From the human T2T-CHM13v2.0 reference genome, Homo sapiens: DNA of 64,000 nucleotides. The stretch lies in assembly GCF_009914755.1 (NCBI RefSeq), contig NC_060933.1; one strand, written 5' to 3'. This document shows, piece after piece, positions 12,161 to 26,779 of this stretch. The notes beneath the pieces are model-generated. The model searched no databases. It saw only the letters and a program-made list of their open reading frames with translations, and had not been told where the DNA came from. Position numbers and translations under genes: made by a program. Every line of letters begins with the position of its first letter. The first letter of the stretch is position 1.

Positions 12161-14298
12161 CTTTGTGTCAGCCTGCTTAGGGTTCGGGAGGCGTGAGTGT
12201 CGATGCCTGTGTGCTCTTCAACTCTGGGACCTGAAGTGTGTTTCTTAAACATTCATGCATGGGATGGGTCAGAAGCGAGATGTCCGGCTGCCTGGTTCCC
12301 TCATCCACAAAACAGACTGTGCTTCCACAGCTTGTAGGGTCAGATGAGTTCATGGCTGGGACACGCTTTCTCCCAGGGCCCCAGCAACTGTCATGCACTC
12401 AATCACACCAGTGCTGCTCACCATGTGCTGGCCAGGGGATCTCAGGGTGCCACTGATCACAGAGCAATCTCTTAGTGTCCAGAACCTGCGGGCTGTGCGG
12501 CCTTGGCTTGGCGAGTGCGTATCTTGAGAGAAGAGAATGTCCTGCCTGGGATGACCTCAAGTACACCCAGAGACCAGACTCACAACTGAGACCCCCAACC
12601 CCCGAGAGCCACCCAGAGGTTAGGAACCCCCAGGCTGAGCGCCGAGCCTGCTCCAAGCTGGTGGAGTGTTCAGGACGGGCTTCCAGGAAGAGGTGAGATC
12701 TCACCTTCCACAAGAAGGTGGAACGTGGAGACGTACCGAAGAAGCCATTTGGATACCTTTCTCAAGCACGCCTTTGTGATGTCTGTCTGTCTGTTGGAGG
12801 TCTGCATGGAATGCTGTTCTTGGAAGAGCCCTCTGCCCTTTGCGCTTGGAGGCTGGATCCTAGAGCTGACCCTCTGTAGCTCTCTCCCAGATTCCAAAAG
12901 AGGAGAGTGCAAAATGAGAAGAGGTGGCCGTCCACAGTGGGGTAGAGGGAGCCCCCTTTTTCATAGCTGGAGCCAAGACAACCAGGGTGGGAGCTTGGGC
13001 CACATGCCGCCAGTCCACATTGGTCCAGCTCCAACCCTGTCCCACGGCAAATGTCATGGGGGAGACAGCCATTCCCTCAGGTGAGGCAGGTGGAGGTCGA
13101 TGTGGGCCTGGGAATAGGGCCATCTGGCATTCGCTGTGCCCCACCTGAGCTCCCACTGCCCATGCAGCACCAGCAGGCTCTGGGGAGGGATGCAGATCCC
13201 AGGTGAAGTGGATCTGACCCAGGCCTGGAATGATGAATTCCCAACTTCCCTGACCCTGCCTGTGTCTGCCTCAGCTCAGGGAAAGCCGCCCTGCTAAGCT
13301 GGGTTCCTCCCTCCCGGGGGCATCCCAGGTGTGAGGAGTTCCACGGGGCTGGCTGGGTGCAAGCCTCCCACCCACTCCCAGCCACGGTACTGATGCCAGA
13401 TGCCACGCCACTTTCTCAAGTTCTGTTGGCTTCGACTCTTCCTGGAAACACACCACTCCCGTCTCATGCTCCCCAAGGCAGGGCAGGCTCCACGAGCCCG
13501 TGGCTCTGCCTTACCTCCCTGGAGCCTTGCCCACCCAACTTTCGTGCCAGGCATGGGAGTCGATTAGATCAGTGCCGGGCACGCAATAAAGACTGTGCTA
13601 GTGGGAGTCAGCCATGATCATCTCGTTCTGCACTTTCTTGAGAGACAGAGGCAGGGCAGATATTGAAGCAGGAGCGTAGCCTGGCCCAGGGCTTTGGTTC
13701 TGATGAGAGTAGGCAGGGAGCGGGGGGCACCGTTTGTCAAAGCTCCACATTCAGGCTCATGGTGGGCATGGAAGGTGTGGATCTAGGCTCCACGCTTGGA
13801 GCCAGGTGACAAGAGAAGATTGGACTAAAAGAAGAGAGCTGCTTCTCCTTCACCCTCAGGGGAGCCTCTGGAGACAGAGGGCAGGGCCTGGGAGCCCCCG
13901 GAAAGGGCTGACAGTGTTCTCACACTTGAGCCTGCTTCAGAGCCACCTGGAAGTTTTCCTAAAACCGTTTGCAGGGTGCCCTCTAGCTCCCCCTCAACCC
14001 CTCCCTCCCTGCTAAGGGCCTGGTTCAGTAGGTATGGGGCGGCACCGAGAATGTGTGTTTCTAGAAAGTGTACAGGTATTGCTGCTGCTTGAAATAGGCA
14101 GGATTTGCTAGGCTTCCCAGACTTCTCTCAACCCAGCCAGGTCATACTCAAAGTAAGGTACCTCCTACCCCGTGGATTCACAAAAATACACCCCCAAGCT
14201 TCCTCTGACACTAAAATTCCACTGTAAAGAAATTCACTCCTCCCATATAAGGCTTGGAATATCATTAAAATCCAAGCGTCTCGAAGACTCGACAGGTG

Positions 14299-14582
14299 TG
14301 TTGTTGTTGTTTCAGATGCAGTTTCAATGTTTCGTCCAGACTGGCGTGATCTTGGCTCACTGCAACTTCTGCCTTCTGGTTTCAAGCGATTCTCCTGCCT
14401 CAGCCTCCCGAGTAGCTGGGATTACAGGCATCTGCCACCACGCCCGGCTAATTTTTGTATTTTTAGTAGAGATGGAGTTTCACCATGTTGGCCAGACTGG
14501 TCTCGAACTCCTGACCTCGTGATCTGCCTGCCTCGGCCTCCCAAAGTGCTGGGATTACAGGCATGAACCACCATGCCCGGCC
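14299..14582 (-). mobile_element. Alu (AluS-like)
   Basis: Reverse-orientation Alu ending ...ccatgcccggcc with a (TTG)n tail. Confidence 0.92.
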
Positions 14583-15260
14583 AGGTGTTTTTCTTATAAA
14601 CCACTCTAGCAAGGTTCTGATCCTTTGGTAGAAATCAATTTGACAACCTTTATTTAGGGTAGAGTTTTGGCACAGAAGAAAAGATCCTGAGAAGGAAGAG
14701 AAAGTGTGGAGGGCTCCTCTAATGGATGGAGGCCAAGAGTGTGCTGCATGTGGCACTAAGAGCCAGTCTCACCCACTTCATCACTCATCACGGAGGAAGG
14801 TGTTATTTCTCTCCTGTTTGAGACCCCGCTGGATGTAACTATGGGTGGAGGACACCGCGGTCTCACATACTGGTTTGTTCCCCCCTAGTTGGCATCTAAT
14901 TTCCCTCTGAGAGAAGAACATGATTGCTGCTCAAAAGAAAGAAGAATGAAGCACCTGGACAAGAAGCGGTTTACAGATGAATGAGGGAGGGGAATGCACA
15001 GTTGAGACAGCATCATAAGAAATGTCCTGGCGGAAGGGACGTAAACGCATTATGTGTAGATAATAAGAGTGTTCCCCATTTGGTCATAGGGTGGATGAAT
15101 AGTGAAAGACAGTGCAGGAAATCAGGCGTGGCCTGGAATATGGATCGTGGCTTTGAACCCTTTACAAGGCTTACACTGTGTTCAGGAGCAGTGGACACAC
15201 ATCCAGGGACAGGGTTTGAGGACAGGAGATGGATGTAATCACAGCTTGGCTTTAAAAATG

Positions 15261-15671
15261 TGCCCATTAATGATAGACTGGATAAAGAAAATGTGGCACA
15301 TATACACCATGGAATACTATGCAGCCATAAAAAAGGATGAGTTCATGTCCTTTGCAGGGACATGGATGAAGCTGGAAACCATCATTCTCAACAAACTAAC
15401 ACAAAAACAGAAAACCAAACATCACATGTTCTTATTCATAAGTGGGAGCTGAACAATGAGAACACATGGGCACAGGGAGGGGAACATCACATGCTGGGGC
15501 TTGTCGAGGGGTGGGGGTCAAGGGGAGGGAGAGCCTTAGGAGAAATACCTAACGTAGATGGTGGGTTGACGGGTGCAGCAACCACCATGGCACGTGTATA
15601 CCTATTTAACAAACCTGCACATTCTGCACATGTACCCCAGAACTTAAAGTATAATGAAAAAAAAAAAAAAA
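15261..15671 (+). mobile_element. 5'-truncated L1PA 3' end (older L1PA) with poly(A)
   Basis: ORF2 C-terminus MIDWIKKMWHIYTMEYYAA plus 3'UTR; TSD AAAAATGTGC at 15254-15263 and 15667-15676. Confidence 0.9.
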
Positions 15672-17195
15672 TGTGCACCTGGCATTTGGTGTGGAAGGTA
15701 GACCCAGGAGGCACAGAGGCGGCTTCAGCAGTCTAGAGAAATAGTAAGAACATGGGGGAAAGCATAGACGACAGTCACCCTGCTCACTGCCACCCCACTT
15801 GGTGCAGGAGGGGACCCCAGGCCACCTATACAGTCAACACCTTCCACGCTGGCTCCCACCACTCCTCACCCCATCTTCTGCTCTCTGACACCCTGGCCCC
15901 CTTCCTGTGTCTCAGATCCGCCAAGACTTTTTCCTTTATGTAAGACTTTACCCCAAATATTGCATATCTGACTCATGTTTTTCAGTTCTTGACTCAAATG
16001 TCACCTTTTCAGAGAGCTTTTGTGGAACTAAAAGTTAAAAAAAAACAACAACTCACGCTTCAGACTTCTAGCATCTGACAGTTGAGAGAAGCTTACATTA
16101 GATTAACTCTCCTGTGAACAAAAATACTCTGGAAAACCTACGAAAATACAACTATTGGAAGGCAATGCAGAGTCACGATGAGGCTGAGGACTTGCTGCCA
16201 GAGATTGAGGCGACCGGAGTGGCTGGGACTGGGGTGAGAAATTCTGAAAACGAGGGAGTCATGTGGGGAAGCCCCAGCATCTGCTGACAGAACGTGTTCA
16301 TAGCCTTGCCTGCCTCCTGGTGTCAACATGCAGAGATGTGGCCTCCCTCCTGGCACCTTCTCTCCTCACCAAAGTGCCATGGGCAAGACTCACAGAGAAA
16401 CAGTGAGCCCCTCAGAACTGGTAGCTAAAAGCCCATGGCAGGCTGCCCGGATTCCCTGGCCCTTAGTCACCTGGATTCCAAAATACCAAATTGACATAGA
16501 CTCCAATGAACCTGCTGGGGAGAAGCTGCTGGAAGGCTGGCACGGCTGAGCAGAGATTCCAGCGGCTCCCCAGGGCTGAGGAGACAACTGGAGTTCAAGC
16601 CCCACACTTTAATGAATTTGGCAAATCAGGCTTTCCATTGAGACCCAATGCTTAAGCATTATATAAGCACCATATTCCAGAACTAAAGCTTTTACCTTAG
16701 GATTAAGGACAACACAGAAGCCTTCTAACAAAGTCTAAAGCCAAGCATCCACATAATCAAAAGTGATCTTCCAGCAACTTGCCTGCCTGCTGGCACAAAG
16801 CTCAGCTTTGTCTGAGAGAGGGTACAGAATTCAGAATTCTATGACATAGCATTCACGATGCTTTGCACAGAATCAAGACTTACTAGACATGGAAGTGAAG
16901 AAGGAAAATGTAATCCATAATCAAAAGGAAAAAAAAATCAATGGAAATGAATGAATGAGTGTTCAGACGCTGAAATTTGCAAATTATTTAAATAAGTAGA
17001 ATAAATATGTTAATTTGTATGCAAGAAAATTTAGATGTAATGAGTGGAGAAATGGAGGATTTCAAAAGAGATACAGAAATCTAATGACAAGCAAAGTATA
17101 AATATTAAAAGTAAAAATTTTGATATGTAAAATTAAACATTTATCAGATGGGGAATATAAGGAAGGATCAGGGAATACAAAGAAGTGTTGATAGA

Positions 17196-17781
17196 TGTAG
17201 AAAGTAAAAAAGTTCCTCTTCAAAGTTTCCCTTCTTATTAAAGAATAAATCATAAGTATTAGAAATAATAGTTTCTTTTAAAGACTAGCTTTATGCTAGA
17301 CATGCTCACAGGCATGTAGTACATTCTATGTCCTTGTACTTTAACCAAAATATCTGTGCTGGACGTGCTCACAGGCATGTCCCAGCTCGCAGCCCATGCC
17401 CCTTCCTTATTTGGAAATGTTATTACTTTTCTAAGTCCTTTCATAAGCAACTTCCTCTTTTCCTTTGTCTTTCCATTACTTTTACCTATTTAAAAAAGTT
17501 TTAAACTGTTAGCCAATCAGGTTTTAGTTTAGATTGTAAGGTCTGGCTCCTGCCAATGGAGACAGGACACAGCAGCAGGGACAAACTGCGTAAGGAATAA
17601 AAATTGCTTCCCTCCTTTGTTCGGATGTGCTCTCGCCATTATTCCATCTGCGATGAGCACTCTTTCTGCAGAAAGTACAAAAGGCCTTGCTGAGAGGATT
17701 AAATTTATGTTCAAATGCTATTTCTTTGCAGCACTGGGGAACAAGCATTCTGTTTCTACATAAACATTTTTACATGTGACA
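17196..17781. mobile_element. ERV1-class solo LTR (LTR10-like)
   Basis: TG...CA termini with 4-bp TSD TAGA (17192-17195, 17782-17785). Subfamily from recall. Confidence 0.7.
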
Positions 17782-17985
17782 TAGATACCAAAGTTGAGGC
17801 ATGGAAAATAAAGTTTCTAGAACAAGTGCACAAAGCCTCCGTCTTCACTGGGAAGGTAGTGAGCAAACTGAGAGAGTGCAATTGCAGTCCAAAGAAGGGA
17901 GAGGGAAGATGAGGCAGAAGAATCGTTCAAGAAATACTGGCCAAAACTTTCTAAATCTGATCAAGAGCATGAACCTGCATATCTA

Positions 17986-18450
<465 letters not shown>

Positions 18451-18751
18451 CTACGGATCAGCGTTTCCATCTGGTAACACCTCCCCGAGCTGTAGACCTC
18501 CCTTCAGCGTTGCTGGGGGTATGGATCTGCTGGCAACAAATTCTCTCAGCTTTCACTCAACTGAAAAAAGTCTCATTTCACCTTCATTTTTGAATCATCT
18601 AGTTACAATTCTAAGTTAAGAATTTTTGTCTTGCAGCAACTTAGAAATGTTCTTTCATTATCTTCTCCTTTTATGATGAGAAGTCGTTTACCCTTCTGAT
18701 TAATTTTTCCTTTTTTCTTCTTCTCCGGTTATTTTTAAGATTTTCCTTTAA

Positions 18752-19104
<353 letters not shown>

Positions 19105-19755
19105 TCAAGGCAAGATAGGTAAGATAGAACAAAGATAGGATATGAAATAAATAGCAAGATGGTACCCCTAACAGAACCATATCAATAATTACATTAAACG
19201 TAAATCAACTAAACACTCAGAAGGCACAGGTTGTCAGGATGGATTTTTTTTTTTTTTAAAAGAAGGATCCAGTGACTCGCTGTTTACAAGAAGGCACTTG
19301 CAGGGACAAACAGGATGAAAGCAAATGAATAGAGAAACACACACCACACAAAGAGTGACCTTGCGACGTACCCTACAGATAGCCTCAGTTCATTTTCCTG
19401 CGTGCTCAGCAACCACTGTTTCCTGTTCCCAGTCACACAACCAGGCTGCGTTCCCTAGTGTTCCTTGCAGTCACCCAGCTGTGGTTCAGGTGGGGCCGAG
19501 GGGCAACAGGAGGAAGGGAGGTGCTCCATCACCATTAGGCACCAGGGAGTCACCAGAAGCCCCTGCCACGGGCACCCCCATGCTCTCTTCCAGTTCCAAG
19601 TGGCTGGAGTGGAGACCCACCTCAGGACAGGGGCCACATATGGAACGTGGAAAAGCCACATGCTAGAAGAAGCTGGGGACCTGGAATCACTGTGGAAGGA
19701 GAGGTGTCTGGCCAGGGGCACTTACCCTGTACTTTTATGACAGCAACAAATAAAC

Positions 19756-19918
19756 GTGTGTGTGTGTGCGTGCATGTGTGTGTGTGCGCGTGTATGTGTG
19801 CATGCATGTGCATGTCCGTGTGTGTGTGCATGTCTGCGTGCATGTGTGTGTGTATGTGTGTGTGTGCCTACATGTGCATGTCCGTGTGTGTGTGCATGTG
19901 TGTGTGTGCGTGTGTGTG
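19756..19918. repeat. (TG)n/(TGCA) alternating purine-pyrimidine tract
   Basis: Directly visible. Confidence 0.95.
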
Positions 19919-22286
19919 TAGCCACTGAGATAGCTGTTTCAGTTTGCTTTTCCTTAATAATACTCTCTACTCGTATTTACTTTGCAGCCCACATTGCTTT
20001 CTTGAGATATATGATCTGATATTATAATTATGCATTCATTTGTTTGTCTAGTTGTTTATTTTCTGTTTGCCCTCAATAGAACAGGTTTCTAGAGCACAAG
20101 GACCAGTCTTTCTGTTCCCTACTGCACCACAGGGCATAAAACAGTACCTGGCACATAGTAGGTGTTTATTAAACACAAGCCCCTTTTCTCTTGTACTTAT
20201 GAGACCACAATAGTTGGAAGCCAAATCCCTGTGTGCTGGCGCAGGGAATGCTACTATAGAGCATCCATAGGGAGGCTGGGGGTGGGGCAGGAGCATCTGT
20301 AGACCCATAGAGAGCTCTGTGGACCCCGTTTTCTCATCCTTAGCAAAAAAGCCCTCAGAGGTCCCGCAGCCGACCTGTGCCTGGTCCCGGTGATGTGGGT
20401 GGTTCCCTCCACGGTATTTTATTGCTTACTTTTATTTCTCGCACAGAGATCACTCTGTGAATTACTTCGTTTTTTAAAAAAGATCGATTCAAATGTAATT
20501 TTTTCATTGTATTAAAATCACAATTTCGAAAGTCCAGTGCTTCTTGAGACTTTAAATTTGGCTGATAAACCGTGTTCTACCCGTTACAGGCAAATGTTAA
20601 TAACTTCCTTTATGAGGCCTGTGGATAATTCTTGGTCCATCACAGACTTAGTTTATTTAATAGCTTTAAACATTTTAATTGCACTTCCAAAATTAATATG
20701 TTTAAATTTATGTTTTAGTACTTCAGCATTCCACCTTTAGCAAAACCTTCTGAGTATAAACTAATTTTTCAAAATCTAATAATTTAAACATATGACTGTG
20801 GGGGGAGGTCTCTTAAATGTTCCAAAACTACACACACACTACAGTTTTCCACATAAAATCACTAACTCATTCAATTCCTCGATTTCACATTTTCAATTGG
20901 ATTATCAGGGTGTCACTGACATAGGCCAAATTCTCCAATACTCAAAATACCAAATTGACATAGATTGCTTTACGCTAAAATATTCATACTGTGAGGTTCA
21001 GTTTCTTGATTCTGTCTAGACTTTAGAAGAAACACACACCTACTCAGGAGGCCGTCTCCACTCAGGGAGCCCAGGTGACTAAGGGCCCGGGAGTCTGGGC
21101 AGCCTGCCGTGGGCTTTTAGCTACCAGCTGTGTGAGTCTTGCCCGTGGCACTTTGGTGAGAAGAGAAGGTGCCAGGAGGGAGGCCACATCTCTGGGTTCC
21201 GTTTCCACACATCCCTGGGAGCCCGCCCTTCCCAGCCACGTTCTGCTCACACTGGGTCTGGCACGGTCAAAGTCGAGGTCTTTAAATGGCTTTGTGTTTT
21301 CAGGCCTGTATGACGCCAGGGACGTGGAGCTGGTCTGCCATGGATGAGCCTCACAGGGCTTTTTCCACTTGGGGTCATGAATCTAACCCTTTTGACACCT
21401 GCGCAGGGGCCATTGGTGGTGCAACTGGGGCCACAGCCCGCCACCTCTCCCTAATGGGACCGAACCCGAGGCCAGCGTTTGCTTCAGGATTTGCTTTTCT
21501 CTAAAAGGCTTTGAAGCTGGGGCCAATCCACCAGTTCCCCTGTTCAGGGGGCAGGTGTCCAATGGCCCCCCACGGGCAATTTCATGCCACCCATCCCCAC
21601 CCCTTCCCCCGCCCCCACCTGAAGCTGCTGCCGTCCCATTCACAGTCCTGCGTCTTTGCAGCACCGGCTTGGACGGGAGCCTGATCCAGTGCCAGCGTGC
21701 CACCCCTTGGCAAGGCTCCTGGTCCGCTCACACCACTTTTCGCCAGCCAATGTCCTCTAGGGTTGCAACCAACTCCCTGCATGCTGGCCCAGGGAGGTTC
21801 CTGGTAATCATCCTGCTTCCCTCTCCCTCCCCTGGGAACCACTCAGACCGCAGTGGACGTTCCTAAACTTCTGTGGACTCACGGCAGATTCTCTGCAAGA
21901 GATTTCCTCAAGGGCTGGATTCCACAAGCCCTTCTGTCCTGCTGCGGGCCTCAGGCAGTGTTCCCGCCAAGCTTTCCCTAAAGACACAAACAGGCAGGCC
22001 CTTCCCACACGGGCCTCAGGGAGCCTTCTGCTGGGCAGAGCGTCCCTGCCAGGGGAAGCCAGGCTCGTTAAGTGGGAAGCCTGTGGGGCCTGCGGAAGAC
22101 AGCGGCCCTGAGGCTGTCTCCACCGCCAGTTGGTGCCACCAAGCCTTCGGGAGGGAGTGGCCATCCCCACTGGGGTTGGGAAATGGAGAGAGAGGTTACA
22201 GTGGGCGGCTGCAGCCCTGTAAGAACCACGGAGTTCCTTCAGTGGCAAAGACCAGAGCCCCAGGGCTGAGCCGAGCTGCCGTAGCC

Positions 22287-22353
22287 ATGGGACCTGCTCT
22301 CCTGGCCCTCTCCTTCCTGTGGACCATGGCCTTGACTGAGGACACCTGTCCAG
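22287..22353 (+). CDS. Ficolin-type signal-peptide exon MGPALLALSFLWTMALTEDTCP (relic exon 1; candidate alternative FCN2 first exon)
   Basis: gccATGG Kozak context, hydrophobic core, DTCP motif and CCAG|GTGAGT phase-1 donor, the same phase as FCN2 exon 1. Translation not demonstrated. Confidence 0.55.
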
Positions 22354-23448
22354 GTGAGTCAGCCCCCCGGTGGGTAGAACCTTAGAGCGATCACACTCCG
22401 GGAAGCTGACAGCGGCCACCTGCTGACCACTCACAGCACGCCAGGCCCGGTACTATGCCCTTTGTGAAGGTTCCTGCCTCATTTTCTCAACAGATTGTTT
22501 TAAGCCTCACCCTTTAAAGACCAGACAGAGGCTCAAAGAAACAGATGCAGCCTAACACGGGGGTTAGGAACAGGGCCCTGGGGCCAAACGGGCCAGGTCC
22601 CAAATTCAGAGCATGCAGCAGGGCCGTCTCCCCGGGGCCGAATCCTCCTCCGCAGAAGGGCCGTAATGAGAGTCCCACCAGCTGTGTGAGGAGGCAGCGG
22701 GCGTACAGGGCGCTGGCGGGCAGTGGGCCTAGTCAGAGCCTGTGCCACGATCAATGTCACTGGAAGACCACCCAGCTGGACGTGGCCAGCAAAGTCAAGT
22801 CCCAGCTCTGCAGGGAATTTGGCCTGGGATGTGCCTGGCACTGGGACAGGTGGTCCCCACTGTGTCCCTGATGTAGCCCAGTGAGGTCGATGTGGCACCT
22901 AGGCTCCAGATCTTCCCTGGGCTTCTGGGGGCACTCAGGTGATTCCCAGCAGCTCCACCTTCTGGGGGAGGCTCTGGCCCCCCTGCATTGCAGCCATGCT
23001 GGAGTACGTTGCTCTGAACTCAGAACCAGGGATGGCTTCCAAAAACCCTAGTAGGCGCCATGGTCTGAGCCTGCTCGTGGTGGACCAGGGGCCAGGGTAA
23101 TGGTGGGTCCCATGGAGAAAGGCCCCGAGTGGGGCTAGGAAGAAAACACACACTACAGAGGCCCTTTCACTGGTTATGTTATGGGTGAGTTAACTTTTTC
23201 CCCCAAACATGTCTTATTTTCTAGATTATCCTACATTATTAAGTATTCATTGTTTAATGAGAAAAATTAAGCAAATAAAAAAAGTGGTCTACACTTGTTC
23301 TGACCAGTGAGCCAGGGGTGAGGACAGATAAAAAAAAAATCCACCAAGCAGTGGCAGCTGCCATGTCTCTGGTGAGAGCACCGCTCTGTTCCATGGTCTC
23401 TTAGAGCACCCTTAGCAGGGCATATTGATTTCATAATCAACAAAATGA

Positions 23449-25340
<1,892 letters not shown>

Positions 25341-25918
25341 TTGGGGATACTTTAAAAAAAAAAAAAAAGAAGTAAACAACCTTGGTTTGGCTGCAGCTGT
25401 GCCACACCTGGCTCTGTGTCCTTGGACCCCACACTGCCCCTCTCCAGAGGACCTAGAAAGCCCCTTCCAGCCCCGTAATTCTACAACCACATTCCCAAGG
25501 TCTGGGAGGGAAAATGCTTTGTCAGCCCCAATTCCCCAAGTTTCTTAGAAATATTGGTGGTCATTAGTTATTGAAAGTGCCCACTGTTTATTAAGCTCTT
25601 TCTAAATGCCATAAATTACAATAAGAGATTTAAAATGCACATTCTCTAATCCAACCCTGGCCACAACCTTGTTACTATCCCCACTTGGCAGCCCAGAGCA
25701 CAAAGCTCAGAGGAGTTAAGTGATCTGCCACAGGACACACAGCACTGAGGACATGGGCCTCCCCTAGATCGGGGTGGCCTCCAACGCCAGGTCTCTGCCC
25801 CTCATCACCTCTCCGCCTCACCAGTGCCCGAGGGGTGAGGACAGACCAAGGACCCAGCGGAGCAGATCCAGGCTCCCTGGAACTTCATGGAGAATGCCCT
25901 ATTTTTCCCTCTGAGCAG

Positions 25919-26164
25919 GTGATTCTGACACACCACAACAACTACCCCTTCTCCACCGAAGACCAAGACAACGACCGAGATGCTGAAAACTGTGCCGTGC
26001 ACTATCAGGGAGCCTGGTGGTATGCCAGCTGTCACCTGTCACACCTGAATGGTGTCTACCTCGGGGGGGCCCGTGACAGCTTTACAAACGGCATCAACTG
26101 GAAGTCGGGGAAAGGGAACAACTACAGCTACAAGGTGTCGGAGATGAAGGTGCGGCCCACCTAG
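25919..26164 (+). pseudogene. Ficolin last exon (fibrinogen-like domain C-terminus) with 2-nt deletion
   Basis: Polypyrimidine tract plus CAG acceptor; [17 protein letters not shown]...GAWWY..CH...[10 protein letters not shown]; 56/79 aa identical to FCN2 exon 8 by hand count; 246 nt vs 248 nt in FCN2. Confidence 0.9.
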
Positions 26165-26544
26165 CCCGGCGCTGAGGTCAGAGGTTCTCTCCACACACCC
26201 TGGCTGGAGGAGCGCATCCCTCAGCCCTCACCAAGAGGGCAATGTGGGGATCATGGCCCCCATCCTCATGGGAAGAGGGAGCTCCCACCAGTCCCTTATA
26301 GGCATGGCCCGCAGAGCTTTGCACCCAGTGCCAGCATCCAGCCCCCTGCCTCCCATCTGCAAGGCTAGGCGAAGCCCCAGCGTGCCTCCCTCACCGCAGC
26401 CATCAGTGCTTGCTTGCCTCACAGACAATGGTGGGATGCCATGGCCGTTTGCCCTGCCCTGACCAGTGACCACACCACTGTGCTGCTCATCCGTCCTTGC
26501 TTCCCTGTGATTTGGCCCTATGGGTGGATCAGATGCCCTAGGGC

Positions 26545-26779
26545 TGAGGGAGTTCCCCACTGGCTAAGACAAAGCAGGGCCACCGTGCCTGTTTGTGAAT
26601 AAAGTTTTATCGGCACAGCCATGCCCATGGCTTCCATATTGTCTCTGGTTGGTTTCTATCATCCCCGGAAGCTTCCAAGTGCCAGGCAGAATAGAGTAGT
26701 TGGGACGGAGACCGTATGACTCGCAACTCCTAAATTGTGTATTAATCAGTCCTTTACAGAGAGTGTTCGCCGACCTCTG
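26545..26779 (+). mobile_element. MER58-like hAT DNA transposon supplying AATAAA at 26598-26603
   Basis: Matches recalled MER58A consensus (aataaagttttat; cctttacagagagtgttcgccgacctctg). Confidence 0.7.

Noticed and set aside
25835-26164. 109-aa standalone ficolin-domain ORF
   Set aside because: Starts at a GTG in intronic sequence and encodes only part of the domain; treated as a pseudo-exon.
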